IMG/VR virus record: IMGVR_UViG_3300042923_000762
Location: 1-63,480 of that record
Direction: 5' to 3' (one strand)
Source of the DNA: a virus
Taxonomy: Duplodnaviria > Caudoviricetes
Length of the DNA: 63,480 nt
In this document: positions 49,162-57,169 of the stretch, piece after piece
Position numbering within the stretch: the stretch's first letter is position 1
Layout of the letters: each line of letters starts with the position of its first letter
Made by a program: the position numbers and the translations under genes
Notes under the pieces: generated by a model
Told to the model about the DNA's origin: nothing
The model's database searches: none
The model's input: the letters and a program-made list of their open reading frames with translations, nothing else

Positions 49162-49205
49162 GAGATGGGCAAAAGCTGTTCCCGTGGGCTTGTGCAGAGG
49201 GGTCT
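49162..49205 (+). repeat. Dispersed element (copy with extended similarity to 54430)
   Basis: GAGATGGGC-AAAAGCTGTT-CCCGTGGGCTTGTGCAGAGGGGT. Confidence 0.8.
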
Positions 49206-49245
49206 TTAAATGATTTTAAATATTTTCAAAATTATTTGCTTAGCT

Positions 49246-49275
49246 CGTTAAAAATAAATTTGTTTTGGATATTAT
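49246..49275 (+). promoter_or_regulatory. Phage-type promoter CGTTAAAAAT-N14-TATTAT
   Basis: Exact consensus and spacing. Confidence 0.75.
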
Positions 49276-49341
49276 AATAATATACGATATAAGATATATC
49301 GCTTAGCAATTAAACCAATTAAAATTCAGGAGGGCAATACC

Positions 49342-50271
49342 ATGAGAAACAGAAATGAACAATCAGGATTTGAGCAGGAATTCGAGGGCGCTACACAGTT
49401 AGCACCGGAAACAGAAACCGTAGTAACCGAGGGCACAGAGGGTACCGAGGGTACTGAGATCAACACAGATGCACCTGCAGCTGGTGAAGAAAAAACTTAC
49501 ACCTTAGCAGATGGCAAGCAGGGTTCCAGAGCAGCATTCATCAGAGAGAAATTCCTCAATGATAATATGTCTCGTAAAGACATCGCTGAGAAATTCGGAT
49601 TCCCTTACAGAATCGTTTACAGCGCAACCGTAAACATGAACAACTCCGCTGAAGCTACTTCAAGAGGCCGCAGCGCTAATAATTCCGTAGTTAAGGTAAC
49701 TGCAGACAACAAGCTTGTTGAAGTTAAGCAGGTTGAAGGTGTAGATGTAGTATTCGTTAATGGTGAGGCAACTGACCTTGACATCACTACCTTAGAGCTT
49801 ACTGAAAAATCCAGAAATGCTTGGATTCAGGAAGTTGTTGCAGCTGGCATGAACAGAAGCGATGTAGCTACTATCCTTGATATGAGCTACGGCGTTATCT
49901 ATGGTTTAACCAAAGAGCAGGAAGGCACAAGAGCTAAACACGAAGTTGAACTTGAGGGTGGCGTTAAAGTTTCCCGTGCAGAGTACATCAGAATGTTAGC
50001 AGCACAAGGTATGGATCGCGGCGTTATCGCTAAGCAGCTTGATGTTCCTTACAGTGTTGTATGGCAAGCTACAAAGACCGAGAAATCCGATCAGGAGAAG
50101 TACGATGAGCTGGTTAAGGAAATTGCAGCTTATGCGGACAAAGTCGAGGACGCTGAAACCTTTAACACAGCGTTAGAAATCTTTAAGGCAACTACACTTA
50201 AGGTTTCTAAGGAAGATGCTGATGCAGCTGCTAAGGCTGAAGAAGCTGAAGGTACACAGGTTACCGAATAA
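49342..50271 (+). CDS. Triple HTH-repeat acidic protein, probably highly expressed
   Basis: Three SR..[FWY]I......M.R..[IV]A......Y..[VI][YW]..T repeats; own promoter and terminator. Confidence 0.8.
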   Translation: MRNRNEQSGFEQEFEGATQLAPETETVVTEGTEGTEGTEINTDAPAAGEEKTYTLADGKQGSRAAFIREKFLNDNMSRKDIAEKFGFPYRIVYSATVNMNNSAEATSRGRSANNSVVKVTADNKLVEVKQVEGVDVVFVNGEATDLDITTLELTEKSRNAWIQEVVAAGMNRSDVATILDMSYGVIYGLTKEQEGTRAKHEVELEGGVKVSRAEYIRMLAAQGMDRGVIAKQLDVPYSVVWQATKTEKSDQEKYDELVKEIAAYADKVEDAETFNTALEIFKATTLKVSKEDADAAAKAEEAEGTQVTE

Positions 50272-50286
50272 TTACAGTACTTAAGT

Positions 50287-50320
50287 AAAAAAGCGGGGTC
50301 ATCCGTGATCCCGCTTTTTT
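50287..50320. terminator. Bidirectional intrinsic terminator
   Basis: aaaaaagcggggtca-tccg-tgatcccgctttttt. Confidence 0.85.
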
Positions 50321-50366
50321 GTTGTGTAGTACAGGAGACAAAAATAAAATTTATGGAGGCGCTCAA

Positions 50367-51191
50367 GTGGAAAAAACTATGGATTTTGACAATGACATAC
50401 AAATTAAACGTCTCGAGAGTGCTAGCATTTATATGAATGCTCAGCAACGTAAAGAGTACATGGAGTTACCGGATGAAATCGCGATAGCTAAGGACGCTGC
50501 TGTACCTGCAGGGTATAAACGTTGTGGTCGATGCGGAAGGGTCCTCAAACTTTACCTTTTTAATTGCAACAGTGGATCCAAGCTAAATTGCACAGGTAAT
50601 TGTAAAGAGTGCCAGAAAGAATCTTCAAAGAAAGCCTATGAAAAGAATAAAGGCAACCGGGATTATAAGAATTACTATTCTGAACATAGAGAGCAGAAAT
50701 TGGCACAGAGTAGAAAGTACTACAATGACCACAAAGATAAAGTAAGAACGAAGCAGACAAAGTACCATACCTCCTCTGCAGGTAAAAGGGTTATGAAAAA
50801 AGCACATGCTAAGAGACGATATCTGTTAGAAAAGAATGCAGGTATTCCTTACACAAGAGAGATGGTGCTTGATAGGGATAAAATGGCAATAGTGGATGGT
50901 CAACTTGTTTATGTAAGCGAGGTGCCTATTTGTATCCTATGCGGTAAGCCAATGAATGTAGAGCGAGATATTCATATGGAACATTTGATTCCGGTTGTTC
51001 TTGGGGGTAAGAATTGTTTTACTAACGTAGGAGGAGCACATCAGCTGTGTAATTTACAAAAGGAAAAAGATGCTCGGTCCGTTAGCGTCGAACAGGTAGA
51101 AGGACTTATTATTAGATCGGAAGCATATATTGATATGCACCCCGAATTATTTAAAGAGTTTTTTGAAGCACAAACCACCGAAGAGAAGTAG
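50367..51191 (+). CDS. HNH endonuclease
   Basis: KRCGRC...CKEC; CILC...HMEHLIPVVLGG.N..TNV..AHQLCNLQK. Confidence 0.85.
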   Translation: MEKTMDFDNDIQIKRLESASIYMNAQQRKEYMELPDEIAIAKDAAVPAGYKRCGRCGRVLKLYLFNCNSGSKLNCTGNCKECQKESSKKAYEKNKGNRDYKNYYSEHREQKLAQSRKYYNDHKDKVRTKQTKYHTSSAGKRVMKKAHAKRRYLLEKNAGIPYTREMVLDRDKMAIVDGQLVYVSEVPICILCGKPMNVERDIHMEHLIPVVLGGKNCFTNVGGAHQLCNLQKEKDARSVSVEQVEGLIIRSEAYIDMHPELFKEFFEAQTTEEK

Positions 51192-51213
51192 ACCATTTTA
51201 TCAAAATTCCAGC

Positions 51214-51242
51214 TTGCTCTTTTTTCATATTTGTTATATAAT
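51214..51242 (+). promoter_or_regulatory. Sigma-A-like promoter of the sigma-RuvC gene
   Basis: TTGCTC-17-TATAAT followed by TATAAGATA. Confidence 0.7.
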
Positions 51243-51284
51243 TAATTATAAGATAAATTATATACATGGGAGAGGAGTTAAAAC

Positions 51285-52472
51285 ATGGACCACTATGCAG
51301 AAAAAACAATGGAATACTTTAAAGCGATCAAAGAAGGACGGGGTGACTTTATAGAACTCCGTAATAAGATTGTTGAGCTTAACATTCGCCTTGTATCGCA
51401 GGTGCTTAAGAAGTATAAACCATACACTGCTGACCAGTTTCAAAATGGCTGTCTTGGTTTAATCACAGCAGCCAATACTTATGAGCTTATGCGTGAGGTA
51501 CCTTTTTCTTCATATGCATGTTTTTGCATTAATCGAGAACTACAGAAGGCCCATAAGATGAAGATGGAGGAGATCGAATCTCAAGTAAATTCAGACAATT
51601 GGGTCTACTTAGATGCACAAAGAACCTTGTCCAATGGCGATACAACAGATAACTACGATATCTGCTATGATGAACATGCTGAGCAGGACTTAATGAAGTA
51701 CATTGAAGATAATGAATTGTCTTTTATAAGTGAGAACATTATTAAGCCCTGTATACAAGAAGTAGCGGATAGAGGAAAACATATGCAGACTAAGATAGAC
51801 GTGAGTCAATGGCAACGTTTAGAGTTCCTGTATATTATGGATTTAGTCTTCCTCGATTCACAGAAACAAAGGTTAAATCTTTCCCAGATGTCTATGACGT
51901 TAGGTGTTGCCGTTCAGAATGTTAGAATGAGGCATGAACGCGTCATGGAAAATATATTTCAAAGGATGTGGATTTATATGACAGTGGGTTTCAACGATTT
52001 ATTCGAACGATTAAGAGGACAGAAAAAAGTACCTGACCGGTTATTATGTTTAGATCCTGGTAAGACAACAGGATGGTGTGTCTTTGAAAAAGGAATATTA
52101 ACCAAAACCGGACATGTAGAGAATTGTTATGACGATGAAAACATCGACACTACGGGGTTATTAAACTTATTTGAGGAAGTTAAACCGGACTTTGTTTTGT
52201 ATGAAGACTACAGAGTGTATGAAAGTAAACTAGAACGCCATGCTAACAACCCGGTGTACACGTTAAGACTTATTGGTACGATTGAAGCTTATTGTCAGAT
52301 GAATAAATTAAGTCATCACAGACAAATGGCTACTACAGCTAAAAATTTCGTGACCGATGATAAGCTTAAATCTTGGGGCTTCTGGCAAACTGGTATGCGT
52401 CACGCGCGAGACGCAATTAGACATGGGTGTTATTTCTTATTATTCTATAAGAAGGGACAAGATATTGAATAA
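51285..52472 (+). CDS. Sigma70-family (sporulation-type) sigma factor fused to a RuvC-like nuclease
   Basis: Region 2 RNKIVELNIRLV...QNGCLGLITAA...FSSYA; region 4-like HTH; C-terminal LLCLDPGKTTGW, VLYEDY, RHARDA. Confidence 0.8.
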   Translation: MDHYAEKTMEYFKAIKEGRGDFIELRNKIVELNIRLVSQVLKKYKPYTADQFQNGCLGLITAANTYELMREVPFSSYACFCINRELQKAHKMKMEEIESQVNSDNWVYLDAQRTLSNGDTTDNYDICYDEHAEQDLMKYIEDNELSFISENIIKPCIQEVADRGKHMQTKIDVSQWQRLEFLYIMDLVFLDSQKQRLNLSQMSMTLGVAVQNVRMRHERVMENIFQRMWIYMTVGFNDLFERLRGQKKVPDRLLCLDPGKTTGWCVFEKGILTKTGHVENCYDDENIDTTGLLNLFEEVKPDFVLYEDYRVYESKLERHANNPVYTLRLIGTIEAYCQMNKLSHHRQMATTAKNFVTDDKLKSWGFWQTGMRHARDAIRHGCYFLLFYKKGQDIE

Positions 52473-53112
52473 ACCCTTTCTTATCCGTGTATTTAGCCTA
52501 TTGTTATTGTGTTTATTTCTCTTACCAATACTCATAGGAATAAGTACACCTAAGAATGTGAAGAAAGACCCCGTTGATCCTGTAATTACTCTTAAGACAT
52601 ACAGTATAAGATGTATGCCTGAAGTAACACCTGTAATACCCAGCGCAGAACCAAAAATGGAACCTACGGCAATACCCACACCCACACTTACACCTACGCC
52701 CGCCCCCGTATTTAGTTATACAGAGAAAGAATTAGACTTATTAGCAAGATTAATAAGGGCAGAGGCAGGAATAGAATCGTATAAATGTAAGCTATGGGTA
52801 GGTAGTATAGTCATTAATAGAATCAAGAGTGATGAATTTCCTGATACATTGGAGGATGTCATTTACCAACGTAAACCATCAATTCAATTTTCCACTATAA
52901 TGTATAGTAGCAAATTAGGTTGCGCACCAGTAGATTTACCTGCTGATGAAGATTCTGTAAATGCCGCGAAGGAAGTCCTAGAAAAAGGTTCACTCTTACC
53001 TGATGATGTCCTTGTATTTTATGCAAATTATTGCGATGAGGGATGGGTCACATCACGTAAGACATATAAGGTAGTTGATACTACCGTTTTTGCTTACATA
53101 TATCATAAATAA
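52465..53112 (+). CDS. SleB/Hydrolase_2-family cell wall hydrolase with N-terminal TM anchor
   Basis: LLARLIRAEAG, VGSIVINR, FPDTLEDVIYQ...QFS motifs. Confidence 0.88.
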   Translation: MNKPFLIRVFSLLLLCLFLLPILIGISTPKNVKKDPVDPVITLKTYSIRCMPEVTPVIPSAEPKMEPTAIPTPTLTPTPAPVFSYTEKELDLLARLIRAEAGIESYKCKLWVGSIVINRIKSDEFPDTLEDVIYQRKPSIQFSTIMYSSKLGCAPVDLPADEDSVNAAKEVLEKGSLLPDDVLVFYANYCDEGWVTSRKTYKVVDTTVFAYIYHK

Positions 53113-53122
53113 GGAGGATATT

Positions 53123-54097
53123 ATGAGAATCATAAAACCCAGTGTTTCTGAAATTAGTGAAGCTGATCCATTAAAAAAGATTGAGATATGTGGCCGTATC
53201 TGCTATAAGTCGGAGGACAAGATAACAGAAGATTCCGCAACGGCATTCGTAAAAATGTTAGCCCAAAAATATCATTTCGCTATGACAGAGCATGCAACTC
53301 TGGCTTTAGTATTTCCCAATAGAAGTGATGCATTTGGCTTAGCTAGTGAAGTTAGGCTTTTAGGTCATGGCACATTTATCAATGTTACACGTAATCGTAT
53401 AGAAGATCGTATTATCCTTTCCGGTAATTTACGCGCATGGAGGGAACTGTTACAATTTTCTAGTCTACCTTCAAGCTACAAGCAAGCCATCCATCGTACA
53501 ATAGAATTTGATCATCCAGATGTAGCTATTTTATTGTTACCTTCAATACATGCAAACAACTCAGCTGCCTGGGGCAGAGCCTTTACACAAGAAGAGTTCC
53601 TTAATTCTATAGATAAGCTCAATGCAGAAGAGAAAGTAATGCATCTGTACTACACGGCACACTTTATTTGTGATCGTGGGGTTAGTCATGAATTAGTAAG
53701 GCATCGTCCTTGCAGTTTTGCCCAAGAAAGCACGCGCTATTGTAATTATGCCCAAAATAAATTCGGAGAAGAGCTTACTGTAATCGAACCCTTCTTCTTT
53801 GAAAAGGATTCTTGGGTTTACACTGAATGGTATACTCAGTGTGAATCTGCGGAAGAAACATATTTAGAAATGATTAAACAGGGGATTAAAGCCCAAGAAG
53901 CGCGTTCTATTTTACCTAACTCGTTAAAAACAGAAGTTGCTATGACTTGTTGTCTTGGTGAGTGGAATATTATCTTTAGTTTGCGCTTACCTAATACAGC
54001 TCATCCCCAGATGAGAGAAGTAATGACTCCTTGGTATCACTTAATGTTAGAAAAATCAGAAGTAACTAATGTGTTATACATTAATACGGATAAATAG
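53123..54097 (+). CDS. thyX: Flavin-dependent thymidylate synthase
   Basis: DRGVSHELVRHR..SFAQESTRYCNY, EARSILP and AHPQMRE motifs. Confidence 0.93.
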   Translation: MRIIKPSVSEISEADPLKKIEICGRICYKSEDKITEDSATAFVKMLAQKYHFAMTEHATLALVFPNRSDAFGLASEVRLLGHGTFINVTRNRIEDRIILSGNLRAWRELLQFSSLPSSYKQAIHRTIEFDHPDVAILLLPSIHANNSAAWGRAFTQEEFLNSIDKLNAEEKVMHLYYTAHFICDRGVSHELVRHRPCSFAQESTRYCNYAQNKFGEELTVIEPFFFEKDSWVYTEWYTQCESAEETYLEMIKQGIKAQEARSILPNSLKTEVAMTCCLGEWNIIFSLRLPNTAHPQMREVMTPWYHLMLEKSEVTNVLYINTDK

Positions 54098-54116
54098 TAA
54101 TAATACCAAGATTTAG

Positions 54117-54144
54117 GGTCTGTACATTGTGCAGGCTCTTTTTC
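54117..54144 (+). terminator. Intrinsic terminator after thyX
   Basis: agggtctgtac-att-gtgcaggctct-tttt. Confidence 0.6.
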
Positions 54145-54165
54145 TTGTCTTTGAAGGGAGACAAT

Positions 54166-54429
54166 ATGGCTAAAGTAGTAGTGAGTTATAAAGTACCTGA
54201 TGGCGAATTTTGTACTGTAGTAACAGAAAGAGAAGGATTAACTCCAAGATATGACCATTGTCAATTCCGGTCATCATCCTATAGGGAGAAAGCAGATGAG
54301 CCATTGAAATGTCGTTGTAATTTATTTGGAAGAAGTTTAACCTTTGATGAAAGAGAGATACCCTATAAATGCCCTTCTTGTATATTCAATACGGAGCGTA
54401 ATAAGGATGTTTCTTCCTTCGCTATCTAA
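54166..54429 (+). CDS. Cys-rich hypothetical protein
   Basis: GGGAG RBS; several conserved-looking Cys residues. Confidence 0.65.
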   Translation: MAKVVVSYKVPDGEFCTVVTEREGLTPRYDHCQFRSSSYREKADEPLKCRCNLFGRSLTFDEREIPYKCPSCIFNTERNKDVSSFAI

Positions 54430-54473
54430 GAGATGGGCGTAAGCTCGCCCGCGTGGGTTGTCCAGAAGGGGGT
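54430..54473 (+). repeat. Dispersed element (copy) directly upstream of the spoIIID-like gene
   Basis: GAGATGGGCG-TAAGCT-CGCCCGCGTGGGTTGTCCAGAAGGGGGT. Confidence 0.8.
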
Positions 54474-54479
54474 AAAACA

Positions 54480-54704
54480 ATGGACAAAGCAATTTACAGA
54501 CATTTCCAAGAACAAAGAATATTTACTCGTATACATGCAGAGGCTCTTTGGATAATCGACGAAAAATGTAGTATACGTAAGTGTGCTAAAGAATTCCTTA
54601 TGAGTAAATCACAAGTCCATAGAGATATGCATGCATTACGCCATATCAATGATGACTTATATGTTCAGGTTAAAAATATATTAAAAAGCCATAGCACGCG
54701 ATGA
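54480..54704 (+). CDS. spoIIID: SpoIIID-like sporulation transcription regulator
   Basis: SIRKCAKEFLMSKSQVHRDM..LRHINDDLYVQVKNIL resembles SpoIIID TVR..AKEFGVSKSTVHKDL. Confidence 0.8.
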   Translation: MDKAIYRHFQEQRIFTRIHAEALWIIDEKCSIRKCAKEFLMSKSQVHRDMHALRHINDDLYVQVKNILKSHSTR

Positions 54705-54721
54705 CCGTTACTCTTAAGCTA

Positions 54722-54751
54722 CGTTAAAAATCTTTTTAATTAGGATATTAT
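54722..54751 (+). promoter_or_regulatory. Phage-type promoter CGTTAAAAAT-N14-TATTAT
   Basis: Exact consensus and spacing. Confidence 0.75.
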
Positions 54752-54782
54752 ATTAATATAAAACGAATTCAAGGAGGTTCTT

Positions 54783-55202
54783 ATGGAACAGGGATTTGCA
54801 TTTAGTTTCACACCAGAAGAGGAGTTAAAATATCCTATTAAACAGAATCCAAAACAACTGACGTTGGACTTAAGCGGGATGCTAGACTACACCCCTATAT
54901 CAAAAGGGCAAAGAGAAGCAATCGTCCTAATTGAAAAATATACCATGCATGTATTTATTGGGAGGGATGCAGCGGATGCTTCAGAATTTATTGGTGCCCA
55001 TATGGAGGAATCCATAGCGGCATCCAGAGCTAGAGGATATAATAGAAATTGTCGTTCATATCATTCTGATCATAACTATAGTGCTAGTGATGAAGATGAT
55101 TACTTTATATCTTGGCCAGATAATGATGACTGTAATGATAATCTTTGGGTTCCCGGATTTGGAATTCATTGTGCTAATGACATCAAATCAAATTGTTGGT
55201 AA
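54783..55202 (+). CDS. Hypothetical protein
   Basis: AAGGAGG RBS. Confidence 0.7.
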   Translation: MEQGFAFSFTPEEELKYPIKQNPKQLTLDLSGMLDYTPISKGQREAIVLIEKYTMHVFIGRDAADASEFIGAHMEESIAASRARGYNRNCRSYHSDHNYSASDEDDYFISWPDNDDCNDNLWVPGFGIHCANDIKSNCW

Positions 55203-55213
55203 GGAGGTACAAA

Positions 55214-56641
55214 ATGAGTAAGATAGAAGAAGTATATGAACAATTAAGGCCCTATCAAATTCAAGGCAATATAGTCATGGAAGGAAGATTAGATAATCTA
55301 AACTTTGACGATATGGGTCTCGGCAAAACATTAACTACTTTGATTACTGTATTAAGAAAGAACCCCGATCTAATAGATCATCCAGGGCAAATACCCCCAG
55401 TACTAATTGCATGTCCTACTAATGCATTATATGTTTGGGAGGATGAAATTAGAAAGTGGTTTGATATGAATTCAATAATATACGCAGGAACTCCTGCAGC
55501 GAGACAAAAAAAGATGCTACCATTAATTCCTAGATATCCATTCGTAATAACTACGTATGGTATGTTGGAAGAACTCGGGAAATATAAATGGACGGCATTA
55601 ATCGCGGACGAAATACATGTCTCCGGTTTATTGAATCATAAAACAAAAACCTATAAAACCGTTCAAACGCTATCAAAAAATATTGGGCATCTTTACCTAT
55701 TAACTGGTACGCCCATACGTCAAGGCGTTATCGACTTATATGCTCCTCTGCATTTAGTGAACCCAGAAGAATTTCCTAATTATTGGCAATTCGTAGGAAA
55801 ACATTGCATTACTATTGATACTCCTTTTGGTAAGCAGATACAACGCAATCCTAAAGATATTGATGCCTTTAGAAAGATACTTGACAAGTATATGATTCGC
55901 CGCTTAAAAAGCGAAGTATTAAAAGACTTGCCGGGTAAACAAAGACAGCCTATTACTCTTCAAATGACACCTCTCCAGGAGAAAGTATATAAGAGTATAA
56001 TTGAGGACTTCATGTTTGTAGATGAAGATAATGCCATCGTGGCACAAAATGCAATGTCTGCTATTTTACGCATTAGGCAGTTATTATGTTCTCCTAGATT
56101 ATTAGGTTTGGATGATGACGGAGCTGCATTAAATTACATTCGAGAAACTGGCGTACCATTATTGGAGGCAGGTAAACCGTTTGTAATATTTACTCCATTC
56201 CGCCAAGCATTACCTATTATTAAAGATGTTATTAAGGAGATGAATGGAGCAACACATGTATATGTACTTGAGGGAGGAATGTCTCCTGCTGGATTTGCTA
56301 ATCAATGGCAAGGCTTCCAGAATGATAAGGCCGGAATGAAAGTACTTATCTGTGTTATTAAGTCTGGGGCATCATTTCATGCTACAGCGGCAGATGTATG
56401 TTTCTTTCTCGGATATGAATGGGACTTCAATTTCAATGCACAAGCAGAAGATAGACTTTGTCGTTTAGGACAGAAAAATTTTGTTACTTGTTATTATCCC
56501 CTGCATAAAGACAATGTTGTGGATGATAATGTAAGACAGAAGCTTAACGACAAGCAAACAGCTTCTACTTGGGTCATTGGAACGGAGCAACAATATAAAT
56601 CATTATTACAAGCTGTTAAGCTAGGAGGGAGAAAGATATGA
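55214..56641 (+). CDS. SNF2-family helicase
   Basis: LRPYQ, DDMGLGKT, ADEIH, LTGTP and QAEDRLCRLGQ motifs. Confidence 0.92.
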   Translation: MSKIEEVYEQLRPYQIQGNIVMEGRLDNLNFDDMGLGKTLTTLITVLRKNPDLIDHPGQIPPVLIACPTNALYVWEDEIRKWFDMNSIIYAGTPAARQKKMLPLIPRYPFVITTYGMLEELGKYKWTALIADEIHVSGLLNHKTKTYKTVQTLSKNIGHLYLLTGTPIRQGVIDLYAPLHLVNPEEFPNYWQFVGKHCITIDTPFGKQIQRNPKDIDAFRKILDKYMIRRLKSEVLKDLPGKQRQPITLQMTPLQEKVYKSIIEDFMFVDEDNAIVAQNAMSAILRIRQLLCSPRLLGLDDDGAALNYIRETGVPLLEAGKPFVIFTPFRQALPIIKDVIKEMNGATHVYVLEGGMSPAGFANQWQGFQNDKAGMKVLICVIKSGASFHATAADVCFFLGYEWDFNFNAQAEDRLCRLGQKNFVTCYYPLHKDNVVDDNVRQKLNDKQTASTWVIGTEQQYKSLLQAVKLGGRKI

Positions 56642-56787
56642 TAGAAAGAGCTAGAGAATTTTTAGTTACTGGGTGGTATTTATTTTTAGGTATTGTCATT
56701 TGGGGTTTTTGCTTGGCAGCTATAACCATAATAATAGTTGCCACAGTAGCAGCCATCAAATCTCTACGAGAAGGAGGTAAAAAGTAG
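56638..56787 (+). CDS. Small membrane protein (49 aa, not in ORF track)
   Basis: Hydrophobic ORF coupled to the helicase stop. Confidence 0.55.
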   Translation: MIERAREFLVTGWYLFLGIVIWGFCLAAITIIIVATVAAIKSLREGGKK

Positions 56788-57074
56788 TGGAAAGAGATCC
56801 TCTTTGGGATGGGTTAAAAGAATTAGGTAAAAAGACACATGATGAAAGGGTAGCTAAAACACCAGACAGAATAAATTATGCTATTCAACAGTTTGAAGCT
56901 AATGGGATTGAGTATATTTTATTGAATGCCGCAACAGGGCATTTTCACTGCTGGAGTAGAGGTGATGGAAAACTTTTTCAGTTTTATGCAGGTACAGGTA
57001 AAATTATGGGGAATGAAGCCCAGAGAGGTATTCACTCCCTAATAAAGTTATTGACGGCTAAAGCTAAAAATTAA
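56787..57074 (+). CDS. Hypothetical protein
   Basis: AAGGAGG RBS; GHFHC...FYAGTGKI...RGI. Confidence 0.7.
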   Translation: MERDPLWDGLKELGKKTHDERVAKTPDRINYAIQQFEANGIEYILLNAATGHFHCWSRGDGKLFQFYAGTGKIMGNEAQRGIHSLIKLLTAKAKN

Positions 57075-57090
57075 ATGGAAGATTTTGACA

Positions 57091-57120
57091 CGTTAATAAT
57101 CTATAATTTTTTAATATTAT
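57091..57120 (+). promoter_or_regulatory. Phage-type promoter CGTTAATAAT-N14-TATTAT
   Basis: Exact consensus and spacing. Confidence 0.75.
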
Positions 57121-57169
57121 AATATTATAGATGTCAAGTCTATAATAATATTATAGGGAGGCATAACCA

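Noticed and set aside
50367-51191. Intron-encoded homing endonuclease
   Set aside because: The gene is free-standing between a terminator and a promoter, and no interrupted host gene is apparent.
51978-52472. TnpB/Cas12-like RNA-guided nuclease
   Set aside because: It is a compact contiguous RuvC-like domain of about 165 aa, without the split RuvC and zinc-finger layout; the adjacent genes leave no room for an obvious guide RNA.
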